Origin: Podarcis liolepis
Taxonomy: Eukaryota
DNA: 64,000 nucleotides
Direction: 5' to 3' (one strand)
NCBI GenBank assembly: GCA_965112155.1
Contig: OZ218103.1
In this document: positions 37,560 to 47,720 of the stretch, one piece after another
Layout: each line of letters begins with the position of its first letter
How positions within the stretch are numbered: the stretch's first letter is position 1
The notes under the pieces: model-generated
The model's input: the letters and a program-made list of their open reading frames with translations, nothing else
What the model was told of the DNA's origin: nothing
Databases searched by the model: none
Program-made: the position numbers and the translations under genes

Positions 37560-38118
37560 ACATTGATCTTTAAGGATTTGTTTCCATTTTCTTTCTTTGC
37601 CCTTTTTCAAAATGGCGGTGGGTTGGTGTACTGCACAGGTGGTGTTGACAGTCATTTCCTCCAGGCTCTGATAACTTGCTTTCTGAGCTTCACCTGGCTG
37701 TTTACCCTTGGTAAACTTCAGACCGCGCAGGAGAGTTTTCGCTTGCAGCTGCTGAGAGACCTTTTCCAACCCCTTCTCAGTGCTGTTCTTTCTGCTTCTC
37801 AACCCTGTGGTACCTGTTGACTTTTCAGGCCTCAGCTGCCCTCTGCCATTCAACCCCAGCTCTGACAGGCAGCAGCCACTGCTACATCCGAGATGTCCAA
37901 TGAGATAACTGCTCACAGAGTGAGAATGCTGTTCTTTTAGCTGCGGAGTGCTCAAGAGCAGGCCTCATGGGAGCTGCAGTTTTGCTAATTGGTGGCTCTC
38001 AGAAACACTGCTGCGGGAACATTTTCCCGACTGCACAGCACGGTGTATCTTCAGAGCTGCCGTGCAAAGGAACTCGTGCTCAGTTTCCGGTCCCACTGGT
38101 TTCCCGGGACAGCAGGCG
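37560..38118 (-). pseudogene. Relic gene exon 6 (large, low-complexity)
   Basis: CAG acceptor; 50 open codons, TGA at 37967-37965, then the same frame as the 179-aa ORF in the track; probable GTAGGA donor after 37560. Confidence 0.55.
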
Positions 38119-38651
38119 CTGCAGATAGAATGAGCTCAGCGTGATGGGGAAGGGAGTGCCATGCATCAGCCACCCAAATTCCCCTCTTTGTGACTGATTT
38201 AGGAACAGCAGCTACCGGCACAAAAGGAAATGGTATGAAGCAGGAAGGAAAATGACCGAATCGAGGGGAGGGGAAATGATGGATTTAATGACCGCTCAGA
38301 TGGTCAAGCCTGAGACAAAGCAATAGGATGGGCGGCAAAGCCGGGGCATTAAGATATGGAGGCCTTTGTGTAATGCTCCATTACTGTGTGCAATTCAGTT
38401 TGGCGATGTGCTTCATTATAACCAAGGAGGCCTAACTGCTGACATTGCTTCGCTTTGAAATGTCCTGAAATATAAGACAATACTATATGCAAGTTGATTA
38501 ATTAAGGGTAATAGATTGCACCATGTAGTGCAGAATCAGAACAGATGGCTCAAAATCATAAGCATCTTCCTATCACACAGAAGTTTCTCTTTGCCCTCTC
38601 TTTAAGGTTACTACTTTTTTAACCTAAATTTTGTCCTTCCTTTCTGCCTAC

Positions 38652-38859
38652 TGTGTAGCAGCACATGCAAGATCATTTTCTTCCCTCCCAGAATCCAAGG
38701 GGCTCATGTGCTGAATTTCTCCAGGTCAGGAAAGCTGGATCTTGCAGGTGTAAGAGAGTTTCTGCCCCTCCTCTGATAAGATCTCAGATTCCAGGTCTGG
38801 GCAGAGCTGAATCCCGACAACATGCTGCTTCTCTACCATATGTAAAGTCACCTGGTAAT
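38652..38859 (-). pseudogene. Relic gene exon 5
   Basis: YQVTLHMVEKQHVVGIQLCPDLESEILSEEGQKLSYTCKIQLS*PGEIQHMSPLDSGREENDLACAAT; TAG/GTAGGC boundaries; TGA at 38728-38726. Confidence 0.65.
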
Positions 38860-39396
38860 CTAAAAAGGAGGGATGCACCAGTTGGTGGGCAAGTGGCAAC
38901 CAGAGTGGTGTGAACTGCTCTTTTTAATGATATTATGTAGTAAAGGTGGAACATGGGAGAGCTCAGCCCCTGCACTTTTTTTTCAGAGCAGAACAAGGAT
39001 GCCATCTGCCAGAGCACCAGAGTTATTGATGGCCCCTCCGTATTCTGGCTAGTGAATGGAATAAGAAGGCTTTCACATGTTACTGCTGCTTGTGGCAGAT
39101 TAACATAGAGGATGTCAAATCATGAATAATCTGACCAATTCTGGATACATATTTCCTTTCCTTCAATGGAACTCCTGCTTCACACAACAGCCTTTTAAAT
39201 TACAACACTTATTTGTGCAAGAATGTTTGTGTTTCTGATTTAAAAGGTTGCATTTCATCAGGCTGAAGACATTTTATTAAAGCTCAATGCGTTTTAAAAG
39301 CTGAACCTATGCACTCAGAAACAAACATTGTTGAGTTCAAGAAGCAAAGCATCAGATTTGAGTTAGACAATCATAGTCAACTATGCATGAAATTAC

Positions 39397-39480
39397 TTAA
39401 TTGGATATCACACTATGTAGTGCTGCTATTTGTGGGGTACATATGAGTCAACATTTTCAGACTCTCCTTTGGGATTATGC
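39397..39480 (-). pseudogene. Relic gene exon 4
   Basis: IIPKESLKMLTHMYPTNSSTT*CDIQL; CAG/GTAATT boundaries; TAG at 39415-39413. Confidence 0.6.
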
Positions 39481-40335
39481 CTGTGAGGGAAGGGGTATCA
39501 TGATGAGCTCCTGCACTTAAAAGTGTGCGCACCGTGGAGATGTTCAAGGAGGGAAATGATTCCATTAAATGGGATCAAAACAAAATGGATGAGATAATGA
39601 TCTCTTTTCCAGGCTTATGTAACCTGTGGATCAGACAGGTGAGTTTGTTTGTTATAAAGCCTTCTGCTGTCTCCCACCTTCATGTTTTATGAAATCAAAA
39701 TGTTCTCAATGAATAAATATGGATGGTAATGGGGAGTGAGATGACCTAGATTTTTATTTGGCAGGTGGCTGCTTTGACACCAGATCAACAGCTGCTTGCA
39801 GAGGAATCTGGCTTAATGACACAGGATATGAGGATACTTTTATCTAAGCTATGTATAAAATCCCAGTAGAGGGGAAAAACTGAGTTCATAATGGTGCATT
39901 TTACATTATCTCTTGCATCTTGTGTAGCAGGTGACTAGCATGTGAGATCACCATGGCTGGGCAGCTGTGTGTTTGTAGATTACAATGTCAGAGGGAACTG
40001 TAGTCATTGCCATACTCTGACCTTTCAGATAAGGAAAACACATTCATTCACCCAGTAGTTCCTATATGAAGCTCACAGCATTTGACTGTGTCAGGGGGTT
40101 GAGTCAAAGTCCAATAAGTCATTTGTTTTCCTGTCCAAAAACGCATGCTAGAGAAATTATGGATGTGCTTTGGTAGCAAGAGAAAGCATAAAGCAGGGGC
40201 TGCCAATGTGATACCCACCACATGACTATAGTTTCCATCAGCCCTGGCCACTACGGCCAGTGGTCAGGGATGTTAAGAGTTGTGGCCCTCTAGATATTAC
40301 TGGACTACAGATTCTTCACCCTGGCTGATACCTAC

Positions 40336-40493
40336 CAAGCAAAGTTAATAAAGGTTCATTCAAAGTCAGGTCCCAGTTGGATGTAGATCTTAGACCACAT
40401 GTCATTAGTCATTCGAGCTCTTTGGCTGTCCAAAACGATAGTAGCCAAGGTGAATAGTGGCAGGAAAAATAGACTCTGGTAGATAGCTGGTGC
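40336..40493 (-). pseudogene. Relic gene exon 3
   Basis: HQLSTRVYFSCHYSPWLLSFWTAKELE*LMTCGLRSTSNWDLTLNEPLLTLL; CAG/GTAGGT boundaries; TGA at 40411-40409. Confidence 0.65.
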
Positions 40494-40880
40494 CTGGGAG
40501 GACAAATATACTGTAAATATATGATTGTCTCAAGATCCTTATAGGCATAAAACTCAGACTGCTAAATTGGGCCATGGCATAACTGCCCACATCATAGTCT
40601 TAGCTTGAGATTGTCAGAGAAGAGAGTTCTGCATGCTGGCCCTTTTTAGTAAGCATAAGGGATTTATTCCTCCCACTACAACCAGGGAATAGAAGCCAGA
40701 AATCCTGTGTATTCACACAGAAGAGACATAGAACAGGCAGTGAAAATACTATCAGCTTAGACTTGGAAGAGGTATCTAATAGCCCGTGACAGTAGTTTTC
40801 TTGACCCAAGGCATTTGGATCCTAACAACCCAGGTAAAAATCTAACAAAGATTCTTCAGAAATCCCTGGCAGTCTCTTAT

Positions 40881-41096
40881 CTTATTGTATTGATCCCTGC
40901 GTATTTGTCCAACAAAGCTGAACAAATCAATATCCTTCTTGGGGAAGGACAAAATTCCCCTTCCTTCACAAATTGTGACTGTTTGAGATCTTTCAAATCC
41001 AATACAGTACTACTTTTCCAGTTTGCTTTTTGAAAAATAAATATATAACAGCTATGGAAAATCTTTTGCAATATTGAGCTTTTGAATCTTTTCCAC
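40881..41096 (-). pseudogene. Relic gene exon 2
   Basis: 216 nt, open: WKRFKSSILQKIFHSCYIFIFQKANWKSSTVLDLKDLKQSQFVKEGEFCPSPRRILICSALLDKYAGINTI; donor apparently mutated GT>AT. Confidence 0.65.
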
Positions 41097-41353
41097 CTGG
41101 AATAATTAGGAATGTTTCTTCCCCCTGGAATAAAAGTGTTGATGCAGTTCTGACTTTCCTTTCAAACCCAGAGATTTGAATATGTCAACATTTATCTTCA
41201 TTGCTTCCTCACAAGCCTGAGTCCTTGGCCTCTGTTAAGCTTGTCAATCAGCTTTAACCATGGTGTTTCCCTCCCTCTCCTGAACCATGACGTAAGATCA
41301 GTAACTTAATCGGTGGTTAGCTTTCTAATGTTCTAATATTTCAATTGCATATA

Positions 41354-41951
41354 CAGTGGTACCTCGGGTTAAGAACTTAATTTATTCTGGAGATCCGTTC
41401 TTAACCTGAAACTGTTCTTAACCTGAGGTACCACTTTAGCTAATGGGGCTTCCCACTGCCACCGCCACACAATTTCTGTTCTCATCCTGAGGCAAAGTTC
41501 TTAACCCGAGGTACTATTTCTGGGTTAGCGGAGTCTGTAACCTGAAGCATCTGTAACCTGAAGCGTCTGTAACCCAAAGTATTGTTAGTAAATTCAGCTC
41601 TGATCCTCCGAGCTGATACGGCTCATCTTGGCATGAGCCCAGCAGAGTATTCCCAGAGTCCGCAACGAAAGGATGAGGCAGGTATGGCTACATTGCTAAG
41701 CTTTATTTCTAAGCTATGCTGAGAGCATACAACTATACATCTTGTCTCTGTGAGAAGCAGAGAGCAACTCCAACAAAGAAACAACAGAAAGGGAGACGGG
41801 ATGTGACGTTTACTGGTTTCCTGTTTCCTTTGTTCTGTCGTTTCTTTGTTGGAGTTGCTCTCTGCTTCTCACAGAGACAAGATGTATAGTCTTGTCTCTG
41901 TGAGAACAGAAACCAACTCTGTATAGAAACAGAAACCAACAGGTACCACTG
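41354..41951. mobile_element. Tc1/mariner-type MITE interrupted in its right TIR by a solo LTR-like insert
   Basis: TA flanks; CAGTGGTACCTCGGGTT left end; right end split as GTAACCCAAAGTAT...GGTACCACTG. Confidence 0.8.
41583..41941 (-). mobile_element. Solo LTR-like element (359 bp)
   Basis: TGTT...AACA termini, degenerate 5-bp duplication AGTAT/GGTAC, AATAAA on the minus strand at about 41702-41707. Confidence 0.6.
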
Positions 41952-42779
41952 TAGGGTAGTATTCAACTCCTAGGGGGGATTCATCAGCAGAAGCCCTGAG
42001 TAATGACTTCCACTTGCACAATGGAGCTTTCCTTTCTCTCCTACCCCCATGTCACTTTCCTGCCAAGAGGGGGAAATCCTTCCATCTGACAAACCAAAAT
42101 CCTTGCCCCGATAGAAAAATCAACTTAGAGCGACATTGAATTTCCCCCATCGTGTTTTTGTTTCTTTGCAGAACCTGGACTGTTGGGAGTAAATGAGTGC
42201 AGCTGTGGCGATTTATTGAGTAAAGCAGTCATGGGGGACCGTGTGGCTCCCCAGATGTTGCAGGACTATAAATTCCCAACATCCCAGAGCACCTGCCATG
42301 CTGGCTGGAGCTGATAAGAACTGGGGTCCAACAGTCTCTGAAGGGCGATAGGTTTACCAACCCAAACCTAAGCACTTCAGAAAACAGGCCACCAGTTCCC
42401 TTTCCGTCTTAGGCAAGCTGCTGTGATGGCTCATAGAATATGGTGCCTGACTCCAGATCAATCTGAGACTCTTGGTGCCTCGTGGGCCCCAGATCTAGGA
42501 AGGCGCAAAAAAGACTCATGGGAATACAGGCACAAATGGAGACCCAGCTGATGAAATGTCAAGATGAACAGTTAAGCAGATATGCAAAGCAAGTATGTGT
42601 GAGGAGAAGGTAAGGTCTTTGTGAATGTGGCCTTTGGGGACCACTCCTGGCTTGACAGCGCCTCTGGTGTGGGGAAAGAGGTTATTGGAAGAAGGGCATA
42701 ATTCTGAGGAAGAGAGAAACAATACCCTATTCCTTGGGGGACAAACAGGATATGCCTGTGAGGGTGTGGGCTCAATCTG

Positions 42780-43790
42780 ATAATGAGAAATACAGGGGTG
42801 GGTTTGTTACGGGTGTATAGACTGCCTAGTGGTTTGCCTGCCTGGTGTGAAAGCAGCAGATGTCACACTTATCTAGATCTGGAAAGGTTGACAGAATGCT
42901 AGAGTGGAACTGGTGGCTACCAATGACATGGGGAACTGCAGCAGTGTGGTCCTAAAAGCAAAATTTAGATTGCAGAAAGCTGAAACCCAGGATCTCCAAG
43001 ACAACTGTCACTGAAATGCTACCTGTTTCGTATGTAGGGCTAATTAGATAGGCAGAGCTGATTCATGGATGAAATGGTGATGTCAGAAGGAAGGGTTTCA
43101 GTTTGGAAGTCAGTGGGGGATGCTTTGGGACACGCTAGGCCTGTAATTTCCTGATTAAGGGAATCAGCCCTGAGTGCTCACTGGAAGGACAGATCCCGAA
43201 GCTGAGGCACCAACACTTTGGCCACCTCATGAGAAGAGAGGAGAAGACTCCCTGGAAAAGACCCTGATGTTGGGAAAGATGGAGGGCACAAGGAGAAGGG
43301 GATGACAGAGATGGTTGGACAGTGTTCTCGAAGCTACCAGCATAAGTTTGACCAAACTGCGGGAGGCAGTGGAAGACAGGAGAGCCTGGCGTACTCTGGT
43401 CCATGGGGTCATGAAGAGTCAGACACGACTAAACGACTAAACAACAACAACAACGCCTGTACAAAAAGGATTGAACTAAATGGAACCAGAGTGATGGAGC
43501 TTAACATCGAAAAGCTGGCAAGCAGCATTAAACTTAACCCTCAGAGAAAGCGGGCACATTTCTAATGATCAAAATGGACAGAGCTAGCCCATAGGCATAT
43601 AGCTGGTCATGAAACCTAAGCAAAGAAGCCAAAGGGCTATAGACAGATAGATGTTTATGTGCCAATGCTTAGTAGCCTCCAAGCCAAGATGGGGATAGAG
43701 TGCTTGGTTTGAAGAATGCTATAGGCACAATGGAAGAGTGATGTGGAATGGCAAGAACCAGTGGGATAGTAGTGCCAGTGTTGCACTGTG
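42780..43790 (+). mobile_element. Decayed CR1 LINE, ORF1 esterase region into start of ORF2, interrupted by BovB
   Basis: Frameshifted translation resembles VCLPG...TND...VLKAKF...EMLPV...WMKW..KEGF...LYK of the CR1 ORF1 SGNH-esterase domain, then CLCANA..SL..KMG of the endonuclease start. Confidence 0.6.
43150..43454 (+). mobile_element. RTE-BovB 3' fragment
   Basis: Same 3' sequence as 21937-22210, (CAA)n tail, flanking GCCTGTA duplication. Confidence 0.88.
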
Positions 43791-44115
43791 CATCAGATAG
43801 GGCAAAGGTGAATTTAAGTTTCTAAAAGTGTCAAGAAAGGGTGGGGAAAATTAGAGGATGTACCATTTGTAACCTGATTTGAAGCATGCTCACTTTGACA
43901 TAAATTCCAACACTCAATAGGACTTCATAGCAAATGCAAGTTTTATATAATCAACAAAATTTATACATTGCTTAATTGTAAAAAGTGTCTAATCCTCTTA
44001 CAACAATATAAAATAGAACATTAAAATTAAATTAAAAAGCTAAATAAGTTTTTCCCTCTGTCGATTAAAATCAACACTAGCTAAAAATAAAACACGTGTA
44101 ATTTATATGTTTGGA

Positions 44116-44605
44116 TGTTGTTGTTGTTGTTTAGTCGTGTCCGACCCTTCGTGACCCCATGGACCAGAGCACGCCAGGCACTCCTGTCTTCCACTGCCTC
44201 CCGCAGTTTGGTCAAACTCATGCTGGTAGCTTCGAGAACACAGTCCAACCATCTCATCCTCTGTCGTCCCCTTCTCCTTGTGCCCTCAATCTTTCCCAAT
44301 ATCAGGGTCTTTTCCAGGGAGTCTTCTCTTCTCATCAGGTGGCCAAAGTATTGGAGCCTCAGCTTCACTATCTGTCCTTCCAGTGAGCACACAGGGCTGA
44401 TTTCCTTAAGAAAGGATAGGTTTGATCTTCTTGCAGTCCATGGGACTCTCAAGAGTCTCCTCCAGCACCATAATTCAAAAGCATCAATTTTTTGGCGATC
44501 AGCCTTCTTTATGGTCCAGCTCTCACTTCCATACATCACTGCTGGGAAAACCATAGCTTTAACTATACGGACCTTTGTTGGCAAGGTGATGTCCGTGCTT
44601 TTTAA
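44116..44605 (-). mobile_element. RTE-BovB 3' fragment with open ORF C-terminus
   Basis: PTKVRIVKAMVFPAVMYGSESWTIKKAD...IDAFELWCWRRLLRVPWTARRSN... is the BovB ORF C-terminus. Confidence 0.93.
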
Positions 44606-45709
44606 GCCTATCCCTATTTGGATAGGTTTGCCTAAACAAAAATGTTTTAAGCAGAGATGTCAGTCAGGAGGGAATTCCAAAGTGTAAGTGCTGCTACACT
44701 AAAAGATCATTTTCTTACAAATGCAGCTGTAACAGAGCCAGTTCTGCAGATCAAAGTGGCTGAGTGAGCACATTTGGGGTAAATCAATCCCACAAGTAAA
44801 TTAGTCCCAAGGGTTTTATATACTAATACAACCATTACAAATCTCTAACCAGAGATGTTCAGAGATGTTATATGAGCACAGTGTCTTATTCTTGTCACAA
44901 TCATGCTGTAGCATTCTGCATTAACAGCAGCTTCTGGATCAAGTGCAAAAGAAGCCCCAAACAGACTATATTGCAGTGAGCAAATTTCTGAAACTCAAAA
45001 ATGTGGTTGGTTGTAAGGGGGCAGGAATCAGGTAGCATTCCCCCCCCCCACTTGGCATGACTATCGTGCCTATTAGACAACTTCTTGCTTACTGTATTTC
45101 ACTCTACCTATTTCCTACTCACAACATATTTTCCCATTAGTCCCAAACTTTGAAAAGTCAAGCCCAAGCTCTAGATTCAACACAAAACCCGTTTTTTGGG
45201 GGGAGGGGTTGGGGTACTCTGCAGTGATGCATACTATATGATAAATACAAATTTAAATAATTTAATCAGGTGATTTTGCAATTGCATCTAGTTTTGCTTA
45301 CGCATTTAGTGCCAGATATTCTGAGTAATATGCTTCCCTCTCTAAGCACACTGATTTTGGAGTAACCTTCATTGTACCAAATGGGCCTTTCTTCTAAGTA
45401 AGCATACGCAGAGGAAGGCTACATACCTCCTTGTAGTTGAGATATATGAGTCAGGGAAATTGGCTTTGCCAGAATCATAATATAAGGCCTTGAGCAAGTC
45501 CCTTCACATTCATTTCCACTGGTAAGGAAACGTAATCAAAACTAGCTCCCTGTTGCAACATTGCTTTGTTGCTGTCTCAGAAGACCTTGAATGAAAGTAG
45601 CTGTGCAGAAAGGCAGTTTCAGTTGAGATAGAAAGGCATCACTTGCCTTCTAAATTTCACATTTCCCCATTCTTGACAGCTTCTGAACGATCTCACATTT
45701 CTACTAATT

Positions 45710-46076
45710 AGGTAAAGGTAAAGGTACCCCTGCCTGTACGGGCCAGTCGTGTCCGACTCTAGGGTTGTGCGCTCTTCTCACTTAAGAGGCCGGGAGCCAG
45801 CGCTGTCCGAATACACTTCCGGGTCACGTGGCCAGCGTGACGAAGCTGCTCTGGCGAGCCTGCACCAGCGCAGCACACGGAAACGCCATTTACCTTCCCG
45901 CTATAAAGCGGTACCTATTTATCTACTTGCACTTAGGGGTGCTTTCGAACTGCTAGGTGGGCAGGAGCTGGGACCGAAAGACAGGAGCTCACCCCACCGC
46001 GGGGATTCGAACCGCCGACCATGCGATCGGCAAGTCCTAGGCACTGAGGTTTTACCCACAGCGCCACCCATGTCCC
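45710..46076 (-). mobile_element. Full-length Sauria SINE
   Basis: Head GGGACATGGGTGGCGCTGTGGG, ACCTTTACC tail, TSD TTCTACTAA. Confidence 0.9.
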
Positions 46077-46653
46077 TTCTACTAAATAATAATACACCAG
46101 ATTTCACCTGTTTTGTTTTTGTTTTATCTTGAAAAGATGGTACTAATTTATCTACTAATTTTTGCAAACCAGGGATGACTTTAAGAGTTAAGCCTTAGCT
46201 CATTAGGTTCAGTCCCAGAACTATTTCTAAAGCTTATATGAAGCCTTTTGAACAGTATTCCTTTGAACATACAGTGTCCTCTGTCTTGCCACTGAGAGGC
46301 TCATAGGAAATGCCTATGTCTCTGCACCCCTTATTTACAGAGCAATACTACGCATGTTTAGGGAAGCTTTTAATGTTTAATAGATTATTGTATTTTAATA
46401 TTCTGTTGGAAGCCGCCCAGAGTGGCTGGGGAAACCCAGCCAGATGGGCAGTGTATAAATAAACTATTATTATTATTATTATTATTACTCAGAAGTGTGT
46501 CCCACAGAGTGCAGCGAGTCTTACTTCCTATTAAGTGTGATTAGGGCTGCAACCTCAGAAATCTAGTTGTGGTTTTCAACTGAGAACTAAATTAGATATG
46601 AAGCTGGATAACCACCATAAGGTTGTCCCACGTCTTTAAAAATATAATAAGAG

Positions 46654-46742
46654 CACAGCTGTCAACGTTTCCCTTTTCTTGCGAGGAATCCTATTCGGAA
46701 TAAGGGAATTTTCTTTAAAAAAGATTAACGTTGACAGCTATG
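46654..46742. mobile_element. 89-bp MITE-like inverted-repeat element
   Basis: 16-bp TIR CACAGCTGTCAACGTT / AACGTTGACAGCTATG (15/16 match). Confidence 0.55.
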
Positions 46743-46992
46743 AATAGGAGTCGACTGAAAAATAAATAGCCATCTACCGTATGATCCAGCCTAACCCCAG
46801 CCGCAGAATGAGATAGCAGAGTGGTAGAACAGACTGCACCACTTCCAAGTGCAGACAGATCGTGCCGATTTTTGGTGGCTCCCTTATGTAAACAAGAGCC
46901 TCCCTGCAGTAGAAAACCACCATGTCAAGGAAGCGGATATTTCTTTCCTAGGCTAGATTTCTGCTTGCAGGGAGCTTGCTCGTTGCGCTTAC

Positions 46993-47219
46993 GACAGCAA
47001 CGGAAAATGTTGCCGCCCACCAGCAGCCTGAGATGGTACAGCCCATTCTACCACTTTCACTCCGCTGTCTGGAGAAAAAAAAAATCCAATATTGCTTAAG
47101 CGCCGGATAACATCCTGACTCGCTCGCAGTCCGCAGTTTAGGAAGAAGCCCCTCCGCCCGCCTCGGAGCAGCTGCCGCAACTAACTGCCCAGGAATGCCA
47201 CGGCTTTTGCAGCGAGCAC
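46993..47219 (-). pseudogene. Relic gene exon 1
   Basis: VLAAKAVAFLGS*LRQLLRGGRRGFFLNCGLRASQDVIRRLSNIGFFFSPDSGVKVVEWAVPSQAAGGRQHFPLL; GTAAGC donor, phase 2; no in-frame ATG seen near the expected start. Confidence 0.55.
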
Positions 47220-47720
47220 GTGATTGGCTCCTACCCTGCCAAGCCTGCAGCCTGCCTTGCCCACACAGCAAAGACTTCCCCCCTCCCGCCGAGTCCGCCT
47301 CCTTCCCTGCTGCGGTTGGCCGGCGCTGCTACCAATCCGCCGGGGCCGCTCGCACCTGTCATCCGCGTCGACGGCGGCGAGCCAATCGGCGTGTAGGGAG
47401 CGGGCGGGCGCCGGGCTCCCATTGGACGCCGCGGCTGTCAACTCCTCGAGCGAGGGGCGGGGGCTTACATGCAAGCTCCGCCTCTTACCTTGCTCTTCTG
47501 GCAAGCAGTGCTTTCTCCATCCCCAGTCCAATTGCAATGTAAGCAGTGGCAGCGAGAGGTCGCCGTCGGGGGGCCGGGGGAGCAAGAGAAGGGGCTGGAT
47601 CCCAGAAGAGGCAAGAAGCCGGGCTCAGGAGGCGGCAGGTAGGCTCCCCTCGCCCCTTTCGTGGGAGTGGATTCCTTGGGCTCAAGACCCCTTGGGCTCC
47701 TAAGGGAGGCTTTAAAGGGA
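47100..47720. promoter_or_regulatory. CpG-island promoter of SLC41A1, likely bidirectional
   Basis: CpG-dense; CCAAT boxes in both orientations (47223, 47332, 47382, 47421, 47528), GC box at about 47454, E-box CACGTG at 47217; a + strand donor (CAG|GTAGGC, 47638) and a - strand donor (|GTAAGC, 46993) flank it. Confidence 0.8.
47480..47638 (+). other. SLC41A1: Probable non-coding first exon of SLC41A1 (5' end approximate)
   Basis: Downstream of the CCAAT/GC boxes and ending at the CAG|GTAGGC donor; the coding ATG lies 3 kb downstream, outside the CpG island. Confidence 0.55.

Larger units (their letters stand above)
37560..47219 (-). pseudogene. Putative unitary pseudogene of an unrecognised protein-coding gene (core 6 exons), head-to-head with SLC41A1
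   Basis: Exons 47219-46993, 41096-40881, 40493-40336, 39480-39397, 38859-38652 and 38118-37560 chain in phases 2,2,1,1,2 with pyrimidine-tract/AG acceptors; 484 codons with only 5 stops; exon 2 donor is AG|ATAAGA. Confidence 0.68.

Noticed and set aside
39613-39638. 26-nt plus-strand segment with strong acceptor and CAG|GTGAGT donor
   Set aside because: Isolated, with no partner exons or reading frame found; at most a cryptic exon of a read-through transcript.
37965-40411. Selenoprotein reading of the three in-frame TGA codons in the relic gene
   Set aside because: Two other stops are TAG, two donors appear mutated, and I saw no SECIS element; ordinary decay (e.g. CGA>TGA) is the simpler explanation.
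44081-44687. 167-aa and 190-aa ORFs as host genes
   Set aside because: They are the BovB ORF C-terminus and its antisense shadow.
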